A stretch of DNA of 48,021 nt from Escherichia phage vB_Eco_CWW26, in sequence record PQ900155.1; one strand, given 5' to 3'. Below, piece by piece: positions 18,898 through 28,729 of the stretch. A model generated the notes under the pieces. The model was not told the origin of the DNA. It worked only from the letters and a program-made list of their open reading frames with translations, and ran no database searches. The first letter of the stretch is position 1; each line of letters opens with the position of its first letter. The translations under genes were made by a program, and so were the position numbers.

Positions 18898-19272
18898 ATG
18901 TCACTCATTAAAACTTTTACCGCTGGCGACATCACCGTAAACGCCGCGATGCCTTCCGCAATCGAGCAGGACGAACTATTATCCCTGGTGAGCGCACAGT
19001 TTATCGCACATGCCGCCAACGTTTACAAAAACGGCGGCGAACTCGGTGTCAAAGATGTAACCCTGTTGCTCACTGCTGTACCGCATCACATCAAGCAACG
19101 TATTACCGATGTACTTCTGAGTAAAGCAATGACGGCTGGTACTAACACTAAAATCACAGTGAATGATTTCCCCGGTAAAATGATGACGCTAAACACTCTG
19201 CTGGCAGAATTGTTTCTGTGGGTTTATGCTGATTTTTTCGATTACGTGCAAAACGCAAACAAAGACGAGTAA
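18898..19272 (+). CDS. tail assembly chaperone (putative, zero-frame product)
   Basis: 124-aa ORF between tube and tape measure genes; slippery heptamer near its 3' end. Confidence 0.45.
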   Translation: MSLIKTFTAGDITVNAAMPSAIEQDELLSLVSAQFIAHAANVYKNGGELGVKDVTLLLTAVPHHIKQRITDVLLSKAMTAGTNTKITVNDFPGKMMTLNTLLAELFLWVYADFFDYVQNANKDE

Positions 19273-19481
19273 GGGACACCGGGCGACCCAGCCCGGTTAA
19301 CTGGTACTTTATGCGGGTTTGCACGGGTATCGAGGGAGTGTGCCCACCTCTTTGTACATGGGCGCAGTTAAAAGATGGTACAATATCGCTTGCTGAAGTC
19401 GAACAATTTCACTTTGCGATGGATGAATTGCAGGGTAAGTATATCGAGGCGATGAACAATGCAAGAAATTCCCCTAAATAA
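18898..19481 (+). CDS. tail chaperone frameshift fusion product (putative, ~194 aa)
   Basis: Predicted product of a -1 shift at 19233-19239; the extension begins RLRAKRKQRRVR. Confidence 0.3.
19233..19239 (+). other. candidate -1 programmed frameshift site T_TTT_TTC
   Basis: Canonical X_XXY_YYZ heptamer 11 codons before the chaperone stop; the -1 frame is open for 80 further codons to TAA at 19479-19481. Confidence 0.4.
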
Positions 19482-19755
19482 TGGCGCGGCTAACGCTCAT
19501 CAGACTTTCACGGTTAAGCTGGGTGACAACGTTCTCGACTTTGCGCTGGATTACATCAGCTATACCGACAAGCCCGCGTGGACAATGACTGTCTCACAGG
19601 ATGGTATCAACTACATCACCGGTGCAATGCTTGTCCCAAATGCTGAGGTCAGCAAAGCATACCGCGCCGGACTGGGTCGTTTTTTCTTTGTGGGCGATGA
19701 GGTAACCATCGACAACCTCGGCGTTGATAACCATCTTCTGTGGGTGCCCGAATAA
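19459..19755 (+). CDS. hypothetical tail protein (98 aa)
   Basis: ORF track; stop overlaps the tape measure ATG (TAATG). Confidence 0.4.
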   Translation: MQEIPLNNGAANAHQTFTVKLGDNVLDFALDYISYTDKPAWTMTVSQDGINYITGAMLVPNAEVSKAYRAGLGRFFFVGDEVTIDNLGVDNHLLWVPE

Positions 19756-21092
19756 TGGCTAATGTGATTACGCAGTTTCTGGTCGGTCTCGGCATCTCTT
19801 ACGATGGTAAAGGTGCTGAACAGGCTGAAAAAGATATCGACAACCTCGGCAAATCGGCGGAGCAAGCCGGTAGTCGGATGGACGATGTCGGCAAGTCCCT
19901 CGACCAGGGTGTTAAAACCGGTGTAGAAAATTCAAAATCACGCATCATGAGTCTGGTCGCTACGTTCAAAGGAGCAGGACTTGCGATGTCCGGTGTTGCT
20001 GCGGGTGTCGGCGCAGCGTGGGCGTTTGAGTCGAAGAAAGCGCAACAGGCTTACGACCTGAACAACCAGCTTGCAACCAGTCAGTTCGGACCAACTGAGG
20101 TTTACGGACTTGGTGCACTGGCTGAACAGCGTGGCGGCGACCGGCAAGCAACAACAAACAGCCTTTTAAATATTGAGCGTGGAATTAACCGCATTCAGAC
20201 CGGTGACGCCGGGATGATTCAACAACTGGCGGTCGCAGGAATCCGTGTCGATAACCCTACGGGGCGTACACGCGAAGATATTTACAGCGACATCGCCGGA
20301 CAGTTCCAGCACCTCGATACGACGCGTCAGAGCAACGTAGCGGATATTTTAGGTCTCGACCCGGCTACCGTCAGAGTATGGCAGGAGTTCGGCACTACAA
20401 CGCTGGAAGTGTCAAAAGCCCGTGCCGCTGAACTGGGTTACACCGAGAAACATAATGCAGCACTGGATGCAATCAATCAGACCATAATTGACACGCAACA
20501 GAAAATGGAAGGACTGGGTAACACTATTGCAGATGTTCTCGCACCCAGTATTAAAACCTTGTCCGATAGTTTCCTGTCTGCTGCCACGGGTTTTACAAAC
20601 TGGCTGAAAGCACACCCTGATTTACCGACGGATATCGTAAGTGGTAACTGGTATGATAAGTATATTGTTGGTAGTGCCAATAATACAGCGGAGTGGATCA
20701 AGGAGAAAACAGGATTCGATACCCGTGATATTGGGAGGTCTTTTAGCGCCGAGAATAATCCACCAAAACCAGATTACGACTACACCAGGAAGCCAGAAGA
20801 TAAACCACAACAATCATTTGTGTGGCAGCAACCACAGCAGGAGAATATCATCTCCAACGACGGTTCATACGGTGCCGAAGCAAGCCCGGTAACGAACAAT
20901 TACGCGCAGCAAAGCCAGCAGATGAGTCAGATTATGGAGTCCATAAACCGTCCGATTCAGCTTAACGGTAATTTTACCACACAGGGCGACGTGATACTGG
21001 ACGGTAATGCGATTGGTCGTTATACCGTGAATCATCTTGAGACGCAGGTGTATCCACAGGCGATTGACCAGACCCGGCAAAGGAGTTACTGA
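19755..21092 (+). CDS. tape measure protein (putative, short)
   Basis: 445 aa; Ala/Gly-rich hydrophobic segment GLAMSGVAAGVGAAW; position after chaperone genes. Confidence 0.45.
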   Translation: MANVITQFLVGLGISYDGKGAEQAEKDIDNLGKSAEQAGSRMDDVGKSLDQGVKTGVENSKSRIMSLVATFKGAGLAMSGVAAGVGAAWAFESKKAQQAYDLNNQLATSQFGPTEVYGLGALAEQRGGDRQATTNSLLNIERGINRIQTGDAGMIQQLAVAGIRVDNPTGRTREDIYSDIAGQFQHLDTTRQSNVADILGLDPATVRVWQEFGTTTLEVSKARAAELGYTEKHNAALDAINQTIIDTQQKMEGLGNTIADVLAPSIKTLSDSFLSAATGFTNWLKAHPDLPTDIVSGNWYDKYIVGSANNTAEWIKEKTGFDTRDIGRSFSAENNPPKPDYDYTRKPEDKPQQSFVWQQPQQENIISNDGSYGAEASPVTNNYAQQSQQMSQIMESINRPIQLNGNFTTQGDVILDGNAIGRYTVNHLETQVYPQAIDQTRQRSY

Positions 21093-21094
21093 TA

Positions 21095-22519
21095 ATGGAT
21101 TTGCGCCAGTATGAGATACTCATTGATACAAAGAATTTCATCACTCAGTCGTACCCGATGCTCCGGTGCTCGTTCGATGTAACAACGTATACCGGCGACA
21201 GTCTGAGTACCTGTGAGTTTCGCTTGTGGAACCTCGCACCGACAACGAAGATTGAACCTAATCAGACCGTTGTTTTTCGCGCCGGGTATCAGTCGCGCAT
21301 GGGTCAGATTTTTACTGGATTTGTTACCAACGTTTTCACTATTCGTGACGGTACTGACATTATTACACGTGTGACGTGTCGCAGCGGTAGCAACGTGCTC
21401 GACGGTGGGACAACGAGTGCAAGTTTCGGTAAGGGGGTGACATTGTTTGACGTCCTGACCAGCCTCGCACAGGACTGGTCAAAACCGCTATATCTTGTCA
21501 ATAGCGTGGACAAATTTACCTCTATTGTCATGGTTAGCGGCTACAACGTCAGCTCCGACATTAGTAAAGAACTCGATATTCTGGCCAAAGCGTATGGCTT
21601 CGAATGGCATCTGTACGCTGGACAGGTGTTTGTCGGATTCCCGTCTGATGACCGTAAAGCCACACCTGTTAAAATCAGTTCCGCCACCGGGATGATTGAT
21701 GCTCCCACGCTTCACGGCGGTATTGATGGTGTATTCTGTGACGTTAAAATGCGTCTTGACCCCCGTATGACACCCGCATCGGTGCTCAATATCGAGTCAA
21801 AATGGCCTAAATTCGATTTCGGAGCAGTGGAGTTCCAGACAACCGTCGACGCTAAACTGGAAGGTGACTGGAACGTTCAGACCATTCAACACACTGGCGA
21901 TACACATGGTCCCGACTGGTACACATTTGTCAAAGCTGTGCGCGCCGGGTCAATGGATACCACCACGGCAAATGCTGACGTTGGTAATCGTCTTATTTAC
22001 GGTCGCGTGGGTGTGCAGGGTGAGGATGCCAGTCAGCAACAGGATTTCCGTACTGAGGTGCGTAAACTTGGGCAAAGTCTGGGTATCAGTCCTAACTGGA
22101 TTATGGCTGTAATCTCTGCCGAGTCTAACTTCAATCCACAGTCAAAGAACAGCAAATCCGGCGCGGTAGGACTGATTCAGTTTACTAATGCCGGTTGGAC
22201 GAGTGCGTTTCAGAGTAAGTACGGTCGCAATAAAAATATCATCCTGTCAATGACTGCAGCCGAACAGGTGAGGGGTCCGATTACTGATTATCTCAATCAA
22301 TATAAAGGGCGTTACAAGACAATGGGGGATGTATACATGGCGGTATTCAGTCCGGCATTTATCGGTAAACCTTCAACAACCGTGATGTACACGTCACCGT
22401 CCAAAGCGTACAATCAGAATGCAGGGCTTGACACGGAGCATAAAGGTTACATTACTGTCGGTGACGTGTGGCGGCGTGTTGAGGAACGATTCAGACAAGG
22501 TAAGGCGTACATGTTATGA
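21095..22519 (+). CDS. tail protein with lytic transglycosylase (SLT) domain
   Basis: C-terminal AVISAESNFNPQSKNSKSGAVGLIQFTNAGW matches the SLT signature (E-S...GLMQ). Confidence 0.55.
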   Translation: MDLRQYEILIDTKNFITQSYPMLRCSFDVTTYTGDSLSTCEFRLWNLAPTTKIEPNQTVVFRAGYQSRMGQIFTGFVTNVFTIRDGTDIITRVTCRSGSNVLDGGTTSASFGKGVTLFDVLTSLAQDWSKPLYLVNSVDKFTSIVMVSGYNVSSDISKELDILAKAYGFEWHLYAGQVFVGFPSDDRKATPVKISSATGMIDAPTLHGGIDGVFCDVKMRLDPRMTPASVLNIESKWPKFDFGAVEFQTTVDAKLEGDWNVQTIQHTGDTHGPDWYTFVKAVRAGSMDTTTANADVGNRLIYGRVGVQGEDASQQQDFRTEVRKLGQSLGISPNWIMAVISAESNFNPQSKNSKSGAVGLIQFTNAGWTSAFQSKYGRNKNIILSMTAAEQVRGPITDYLNQYKGRYKTMGDVYMAVFSPAFIGKPSTTVMYTSPSKAYNQNAGLDTEHKGYITVGDVWRRVEERFRQGKAYML

Positions 22520-23166
22520 GTTTAATTAACCTTCTGGTAAAGCGCGGTCCACAGCTTGGGTCGCTTCAGTTCGATGCCGTCCTGTCTGATGACCTTGATG
22601 CCAGCGTGGATATCGTGCAGTACCCCATTGAGACAGGTACGCCAATTGCAGACCACATTATCTATCAGCCTATTCGTTACACGATGACAGGTGCAGTATC
22701 GAACAACCCGTTGAAAGTTAGTATCACCGATTTCACCGGGGCATTGACAAATCTTGTCGATGACAATCCGTTCATTGCAGCGGGTGCCGGTCTGTTCGCG
22801 GGGTGGTTGAGCGGCTCAAATGAAACTCGCTCCAGTACGACACTGAATACTTTGCTCGATTTCATGTACTCCGGTCAGGTATTCACAGTGGATACGGGCG
22901 AAATTACGCTGAACAATATGGTCATTCAGCGTATTGGGCGCTCTAAAGACCCGGAGAATGAGAACGGATTGATATTTGTTGCTGAACTACAGCAGATTGT
23001 CACGCTTGACCGCGTGGCGAACGGTTCACAACCGGCACAATATCAGCTGAACAGTAACGACGTTTCCAGCACGTCCATATCAGGACTGATTGAGCGTGGT
23101 TATATCAATGTGAAGACAGCTGCAACGAATGTTGCCGACCAGGTTACGACACTTTTGGATTTGTAA
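22516..23166 (+). CDS. hypothetical tail / baseplate hub protein
   Basis: ORF track; last gene before the non-coding island. Confidence 0.4.
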   Translation: MSLINLLVKRGPQLGSLQFDAVLSDDLDASVDIVQYPIETGTPIADHIIYQPIRYTMTGAVSNNPLKVSITDFTGALTNLVDDNPFIAAGAGLFAGWLSGSNETRSSTTLNTLLDFMYSGQVFTVDTGEITLNNMVIQRIGRSKDPENENGLIFVAELQQIVTLDRVANGSQPAQYQLNSNDVSSTSISGLIERGYINVKTAATNVADQVTTLLDL

Positions 23167-23193
23167 AAAAAAAAAAGCCCCGTACTCCGGGGC
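23165..23193 (-). terminator. rho-independent terminator for leftward transcription
   Basis: Hairpin GCCCCG-TACTC-CGGGGC (23177-23193) preceded on + strand by A12, so on the minus strand it is followed by U12. Confidence 0.6.
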
Positions 23194-23677
23194 AAACATA
23201 CTGAAGCGCAATGGAGAGAGAGTATGGTTTACAGTTGTGGCGGCCGGTGCTGATCTCCGGCTTGTATATGGACTACCCGTCGTCGCCATGGTGAGCCATT
23301 ACCTCACCATCTAGCTGATAAGTTAGCGCATCAGCCCGCGCATTCACCACAACTCTAAACCATCGTCGCAACTGTTGTTATGTTTCACAACATTACCCCA
23401 GTCACTTACGGCTTACCCGTCAGCAAGATTGGACCACCTCCTCGGGGGTTACAACAGGAAAGAGCATTCAGTTGTACCTGCCAGTTGTGCCACTAGGAAA
23501 CGCTTTCGCAGACCGTTAAGCTCTTTGCAAGTTCTTTAATGCTCTTACCTGTTGTATTGGTCGAACCGCCACGGTGACCAACCGCATTCGTGCATGCCTG
23601 GCTACACATTCCGGCTACCCGCTGGTGCGAAGGAATAGGACACCCCGGACCGCTAAGACACATGTGCTATATGCCTG
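23194..23677 (-). ncRNA. putative leftward non-coding transcript (~480 nt)
   Basis: Region has no ORF of 60 aa or more; bracketed by a leftward promoter (23685-23713) and terminator; several hairpins. Class not recognised. Confidence 0.25.
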
Positions 23678-23684
23678 TGAATAA

Positions 23685-23713
23685 ATAATTACATTGTTTG
23701 ACGTGATTGTCAA
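23685..23713 (-). promoter_or_regulatory. sigma70-like promoter, variant palindromic -35 (leftward)
   Basis: Minus strand TTGACA-atcacgtcaaacaatgt-AATTAT; + strand palindrome TTGACGTGATTGTCAA 23698-23713; weak -10. Confidence 0.35.
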
Positions 23714-23748
23714 TAGTATACTTGACATTATTTTCACAGGAGGGCGAC

Positions 23749-24423
23749 ATGACCGACATTAACCAGCGCCGCTCGTTTTTACAGAACGTCACCAATGACA
23801 CGTTTTTCGAGAACATGAAGGACGTGTACACGTGCATCCCGGGTTACGTGCTGACGTTCGACCCGGACACACAGCGCGCACAAATTCAACTGGGAATCAC
23901 CCGGACTGATGATGTCGCTAAAACTACATTTGACCCGCCGCCCATCGTGGACGTTCCAGTAAGTTTCCCGGGCGATGACTTCGTACTGGAATTTGCCGTC
24001 AATCCGGGTTGTGAAGGTATGGTACATTTCAGTCAACGTTGCATTGATGGATGGAAGCAGACCGGCGGCATTGCTGCCAATCCAGTTAAACGCTTTCACC
24101 ACAAACAGGACGCAATGTTTGTACCTGGAATTCGTTCGCTCGATAACCTGATTGCAAGTTTTTCCAACGATGGGATACGTCTGCGTAATGCCGACGCGTC
24201 ACAGCACGTCTGGTTAAAGGGTGACGGTTCGTGCATAATGGCTAACGGGAACGGCAACGTTCAACTTCTTGCAAACGGCACGGTGAGTATCAATGGCGTG
24301 ACCATTGATAAAGACGGGAATATCACCGCTCTGAATTCTCTGGTGCTGGATGGCAAAGAACTCAACGGTCACACTCATGGCGGCGTTGCTTCCGGTGGTG
24401 CTAATACGGGGCCGAATAACTGA
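23749..24423 (+). CDS. baseplate spike / gpV-like protein (putative)
   Basis: C-terminal LDGKELNGHTHGGVASGGANTGP; ATG at 23749 with AGGAGGG SD. Confidence 0.45.
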   Translation: MTDINQRRSFLQNVTNDTFFENMKDVYTCIPGYVLTFDPDTQRAQIQLGITRTDDVAKTTFDPPPIVDVPVSFPGDDFVLEFAVNPGCEGMVHFSQRCIDGWKQTGGIAANPVKRFHHKQDAMFVPGIRSLDNLIASFSNDGIRLRNADASQHVWLKGDGSCIMANGNGNVQLLANGTVSINGVTIDKDGNITALNSLVLDGKELNGHTHGGVASGGANTGPNN

Positions 24424-24770
24424 TGACAGTACGTAAATTAGATGAAGATGGTGACATTGTTACCCAGGGTTCGATGTTCATCACTGAACAACTGGAAATA
24501 GAACAGACGATACGTACTCGTCTACGTCTGTTTTTGGGTGAGTATTTCCGGGATGTGACCGACGGCACACCGTGGTTTCAGGAGATACTCAACAAACAAA
24601 CTTCTATGGATGTCCGCGAAGCGCGTCTTCGTGAACGCATCGCTGGTACTCCGGGCGTCCAGCAGTTAACCAGTTTTAGTACGAACTTCGACATCGACAA
24701 CAAAACTTATACGGTCACCGCCAGCGTGTTGACCTCCTACGGATTATTAACGGTGACCGAGAATGGCTGA
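24423..24770 (+). CDS. baseplate gpW/gp25-like protein (putative)
   Basis: 115 aa; position between V-like and J-like genes; ATGA overlap. Confidence 0.4.
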   Translation: MTVRKLDEDGDIVTQGSMFITEQLEIEQTIRTRLRLFLGEYFRDVTDGTPWFQEILNKQTSMDVREARLRERIAGTPGVQQLTSFSTNFDIDNKTYTVTASVLTSYGLLTVTENG

Positions 24771-25971
24771 ATTAACCAGTACCGGCTATAGCGTAAAATC
24801 ACAGAATGACTGGTTCGACGAAGAAAAACAGTTATATCTGGATATTGACAGTAACTGGAATCTTGACCCGTCTACACCAGACGGGCTGAAGATAGCGCAC
24901 GATGCTGAAATCTTCTCCGCGCTCGATGAGGTGTTGCAACAGGCATACAACTCCAAAGACCCGAACAAAGCCAGCGGCTATGACCTCGATGTGATTTGTG
25001 CGCTGACAGGTACCGTCAGAAGTGAAGGTACCGCGTCAACTGTTACAGGGTTTGTGTTAACGGGTACACCTGGCACTCAGGTTCCCGCAGGTACACGCTT
25101 TGAATCATCTGTAACGGGTTATCGATTCACACTCGACCAGACGTGGACACTGGACAGTACAGGCACTGCAACGGTTGATATCACGTGTACTACGGTTGGC
25201 GAAATTGAAGCAGACGCCAACACCATTACAACCATTGTGGATACGGTTGCCGGTCTGGTGTCAGTCAATAACCCTACTCCCGCAACACCCGGTACATCCG
25301 TTGAATCAGATGGGTCATTACGTCTTAAACGAGCGACAGCGGTGGGATTACCCGGTAACAACCAGGTTGATTCAATGCTGGGTCAGTTGTTCAAAGTGGA
25401 CGGTGTACGTCGAGTACATGTCTATGAGAACGACGAAGCCACAACCGACAGCAATGGTCAGCCCGGTCACAGTATTGCACCCATTATCGATGGTGGTACA
25501 GACGACGACGTAGCAATGGCCATCTACCTTAAAAAAAATCCGGGCGTTACACTTTATCAGGCTGGCACACCAGTAACGGTCACTGTTACGTCGCCTACTT
25601 ACCCCACGATGACCAAAAATATCAAATTCAGTCGCCCTGTATATGTGGACATGGTCGTGACCATCGAAATCAAAGATGATGGTTCTCTACCGTCTCAGGC
25701 AACTCTCGAACCACTTATTCAGGACGCAATCATGGAATATGCCGCGGGTGGCCTGATTCCGACGGAGTACGGCTTTAAACCCGACGGGTTTGATATCGGT
25801 GAAACAGTCCCATACAGTTCACTTTACACACCCATTAACAAAGTCATTGGCTCATACGGCAATAGTTACGTCAACAGCATGACGTTGAATAGCGGTACTG
25901 CGAATGTTACCATTAAGTTTAACGAATTATCCCGCTGGACAACCTCAAACATCACGGTGACCATCGTATGA
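24763..25971 (+). CDS. baseplate J-like protein (putative)
   Basis: 402 aa; position and size typical of baseplate J. Confidence 0.45.
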   Translation: MAELTSTGYSVKSQNDWFDEEKQLYLDIDSNWNLDPSTPDGLKIAHDAEIFSALDEVLQQAYNSKDPNKASGYDLDVICALTGTVRSEGTASTVTGFVLTGTPGTQVPAGTRFESSVTGYRFTLDQTWTLDSTGTATVDITCTTVGEIEADANTITTIVDTVAGLVSVNNPTPATPGTSVESDGSLRLKRATAVGLPGNNQVDSMLGQLFKVDGVRRVHVYENDEATTDSNGQPGHSIAPIIDGGTDDDVAMAIYLKKNPGVTLYQAGTPVTVTVTSPTYPTMTKNIKFSRPVYVDMVVTIEIKDDGSLPSQATLEPLIQDAIMEYAAGGLIPTEYGFKPDGFDIGETVPYSSLYTPINKVIGSYGNSYVNSMTLNSGTANVTIKFNELSRWTTSNITVTIV

Positions 25972-28013
25972 CCATTATCAAACGCGCAGACCTGGGTCGA
26001 CCCTTAACTTGGGACGAACTGGATGATAACTTTCAGCAGGTTGATAATTTGACAGCCGCCGCATCAGCGGCTGTATCAAGTGCAGCTGCTTCAGCTACAG
26101 CCGCCGCAACCAGCGCCACTGCATCTGCAACCAGCGCAACAGATGCAGCTAACTCCGCAGCTAACGCAGCTGCGGCAATTGTGAGCGCTGTCAAGAGTAC
26201 CATCACATTCACGACTGGTGGTACTTTAAATAGTAATCTTGACCGTATCAGTGACGGTACTTATCTGTATTATTGGACTGGTGCGTACCCAGTAACTGTT
26301 GCTGCTGCTTCCACTGTAGAGAGTACGGGTGGGATTGCACCGGGGTTTTGGGCGGTTGACAATGACCAATTAATGAGGAACTTACTCACCACAGTGGGCG
26401 ATGGTACAGGTGCCGATTACATTCCGTTACCCGGAGGCGGTACCGTACAGGATGCGTTGTGGTACAAAACAGTGGAAATGTTCGGTGCGGTAGGGGACGG
26501 AGTAACTGACGATTCTTCAGCACTCCAGTCCGCATTGAATTGGGTATGTGGAGCGTCATACCGTAAATTAGTGTTCAGTTCTGGAAAAAAATACAGACAC
26601 TCTGTAGGTCTTACGGCCACTTTCGGCGCATCTTCTACCATATTTTGCCACATTGACATGTGCGGGGCGTTATACCCCGATGCAACTGTGGGTGATGCAC
26701 TCACCATTTCGGAAGCAACGTATTGCTTCTTCGACCTCAACATAGTTGGTGATGGGTATGATGTCTCCACCATGCCAGATTATTCTCTGCCTGACCCCGA
26801 TGGAGCACAGCAGGGCATCGTCGTGAATTCTTGTCGTGGATGTCGGGTGCATGTCAATGGTAACGGCTATGCTGGTCGAGTGCTGAGGACGAAGGGAACC
26901 GGTACCGTCAAGTTGTCATTCCTCACCATCCAGATCATAACTGGTGAGGGTTCGTGTGGGCAAGCCGCATATCTGGAAGCAACCTCGGATGCATTTGGTC
27001 GAATCTCGCACGCACAAACACAGTGGGATTATTACGGCAGCGTGCTTAAATCATTAACCGACGTTACGATTTCTTACTGGGAGTACGGTAATAAGAACTC
27101 TGCTGTACCAGCACTCTTGATTGATAATTGCGGCAGTTTGGATGGTTCAAACATTACCGGCGGGTCTACGTGGGACGCCGACACATCCACCACACTCAAG
27201 ATTGTAAATGGCCAAGGTATTCATTTCACACGAGTGCAGGTTGGCGAAGCGTATAATGGGTTGGTCATAGAAGGCGAAGGTACTGTTGACGATAAACCTA
27301 CTGTCGTCATTGATTATCTACTCAGCTATAAAACCAACACCGCTGTCACGCTCAATAATACAACAGGTGTTCAGATTAAATCGGGATTGATGGACAACAC
27401 ATATGACGGTGTCGTGTATCGGGGTAATATTCATAATTGTAGCGTGAATATCGATGGTCGTAACAATTTCACTAGGATGCATTTTGCCGGAACGGGCGTG
27501 AACATTGATTCCCTTCGGATTGGTGGTGGGCTGTATACCACGACTACAGCACCGTTCATTAGTATGGTGAACGCAACGGTTAACCAATTGTCGGTAGTGG
27601 ATACTGTCGTCAATACCGCAGGTCTGTACTTGAACATCCCAACAAGTAACCAGTGCGTCGTGCGTGGTGGGATGTGGTCTGGCTCTGCATCTGCCACACC
27701 GATACCTGCTCGCCCTAAGCACATAAGCGGTGTTGTCGGGGTCAAAACCGTATATCTCAGCGCTGCCGCAAGTTTCCCCATTGGGACAGTACAGGGGGAT
27801 ACTTTAACATTGACTCATGGTCTATGGGCAACCCCATATCAGTTGAATGTGACTCCTTTCAACGTTAGTTTGGGTACTACTTTTGCCAATGGTAATATCG
27901 TCGTCAAAACTTTATCATCTACTCAGGTTGTTCTAATGTACACGGGGGCCACTACTTTGACTGAGAGCATACCTCTCATCGTAGAGATGAGATCTGAATC
28001 GAGACTGGATTGA
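25968..28013 (+). CDS. tailspike / tail fiber with predicted beta-helix domain
   Basis: N-terminal Ala/Ser/Thr-rich region typical of fiber N-termini, then a long Gly/Asn/Thr-rich region suggesting a beta-helix. Confidence 0.5.
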   Translation: MTIIKRADLGRPLTWDELDDNFQQVDNLTAAASAAVSSAAASATAAATSATASATSATDAANSAANAAAAIVSAVKSTITFTTGGTLNSNLDRISDGTYLYYWTGAYPVTVAAASTVESTGGIAPGFWAVDNDQLMRNLLTTVGDGTGADYIPLPGGGTVQDALWYKTVEMFGAVGDGVTDDSSALQSALNWVCGASYRKLVFSSGKKYRHSVGLTATFGASSTIFCHIDMCGALYPDATVGDALTISEATYCFFDLNIVGDGYDVSTMPDYSLPDPDGAQQGIVVNSCRGCRVHVNGNGYAGRVLRTKGTGTVKLSFLTIQIITGEGSCGQAAYLEATSDAFGRISHAQTQWDYYGSVLKSLTDVTISYWEYGNKNSAVPALLIDNCGSLDGSNITGGSTWDADTSTTLKIVNGQGIHFTRVQVGEAYNGLVIEGEGTVDDKPTVVIDYLLSYKTNTAVTLNNTTGVQIKSGLMDNTYDGVVYRGNIHNCSVNIDGRNNFTRMHFAGTGVNIDSLRIGGGLYTTTTAPFISMVNATVNQLSVVDTVVNTAGLYLNIPTSNQCVVRGGMWSGSASATPIPARPKHISGVVGVKTVYLSAAASFPIGTVQGDTLTLTHGLWATPYQLNVTPFNVSLGTTFANGNIVVKTLSSTQVVLMYTGATTLTESIPLIVEMRSESRLD

Positions 28014-28726
28014 TGAACTTCTTCCCCGCTCCCTACTTCGTACCGCTGACAATTGTCAGCGGCTACGTCGCAAATGAGTCAGATGCTCCGAATCGCATCT
28101 ACGCTCAGTACCGTAACAAGCCAAAGGCTATCGCATGGTATAACATCACGTGTAGCCTGGCTACACAGATTGCAGACGTAGCTACAGCTGTGCGCATAAT
28201 GTATGCGATTGATTATGCACAGGGTGAACAGCTCGACGTTATCGGACGCATTGTGGTGATACCCCGGGATTTTATGGGTGAAGTCACGATGAAAACAGCG
28301 ATGTGTGCCAGTGATGTTAATGGTCCGGCTGAATTCGGTGACACTGCTGCGATGTGTAGTGTACCATCGATTGACCAGTCGATGATGATGTCGGATAACT
28401 TATATCGCCTGGCAATTAAATCTAAGATTTTAAAAAATAACTCATACTCGACCATTGAGGACATTATTAATGGGTTGAATTTCCTGTTACCAAACGCACG
28501 GGCCACCCGTCTGGTCGATGGTGAGGACATGAGTTTCTCCGTCGAATTTTACGGACAAATCACAGACCTTGAACGGTGGGCGCTCGTTAATGCGTCTTTC
28601 ATTCCGAAGCCGCAGGGGGTAAAATTCAATGGTTTCCTTGAGGCTTACGATTATGTACAGGCAGGCGATTCATCAATGCAATTTGGTGACTCACTGGCGC
28701 AAGCGACCGGATTTATAGGAGTTTGA
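28010..28726 (+). CDS. hypothetical tail fiber-associated protein (238 aa)
   Basis: ORF track; between tailspike and Gly-rich fiber. Confidence 0.4.
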   Translation: MMNFFPAPYFVPLTIVSGYVANESDAPNRIYAQYRNKPKAIAWYNITCSLATQIADVATAVRIMYAIDYAQGEQLDVIGRIVVIPRDFMGEVTMKTAMCASDVNGPAEFGDTAAMCSVPSIDQSMMMSDNLYRLAIKSKILKNNSYSTIEDIINGLNFLLPNARATRLVDGEDMSFSVEFYGQITDLERWALVNASFIPKPQGVKFNGFLEAYDYVQAGDSSMQFGDSLAQATGFIGV

Positions 28727-28729
28727 ATA

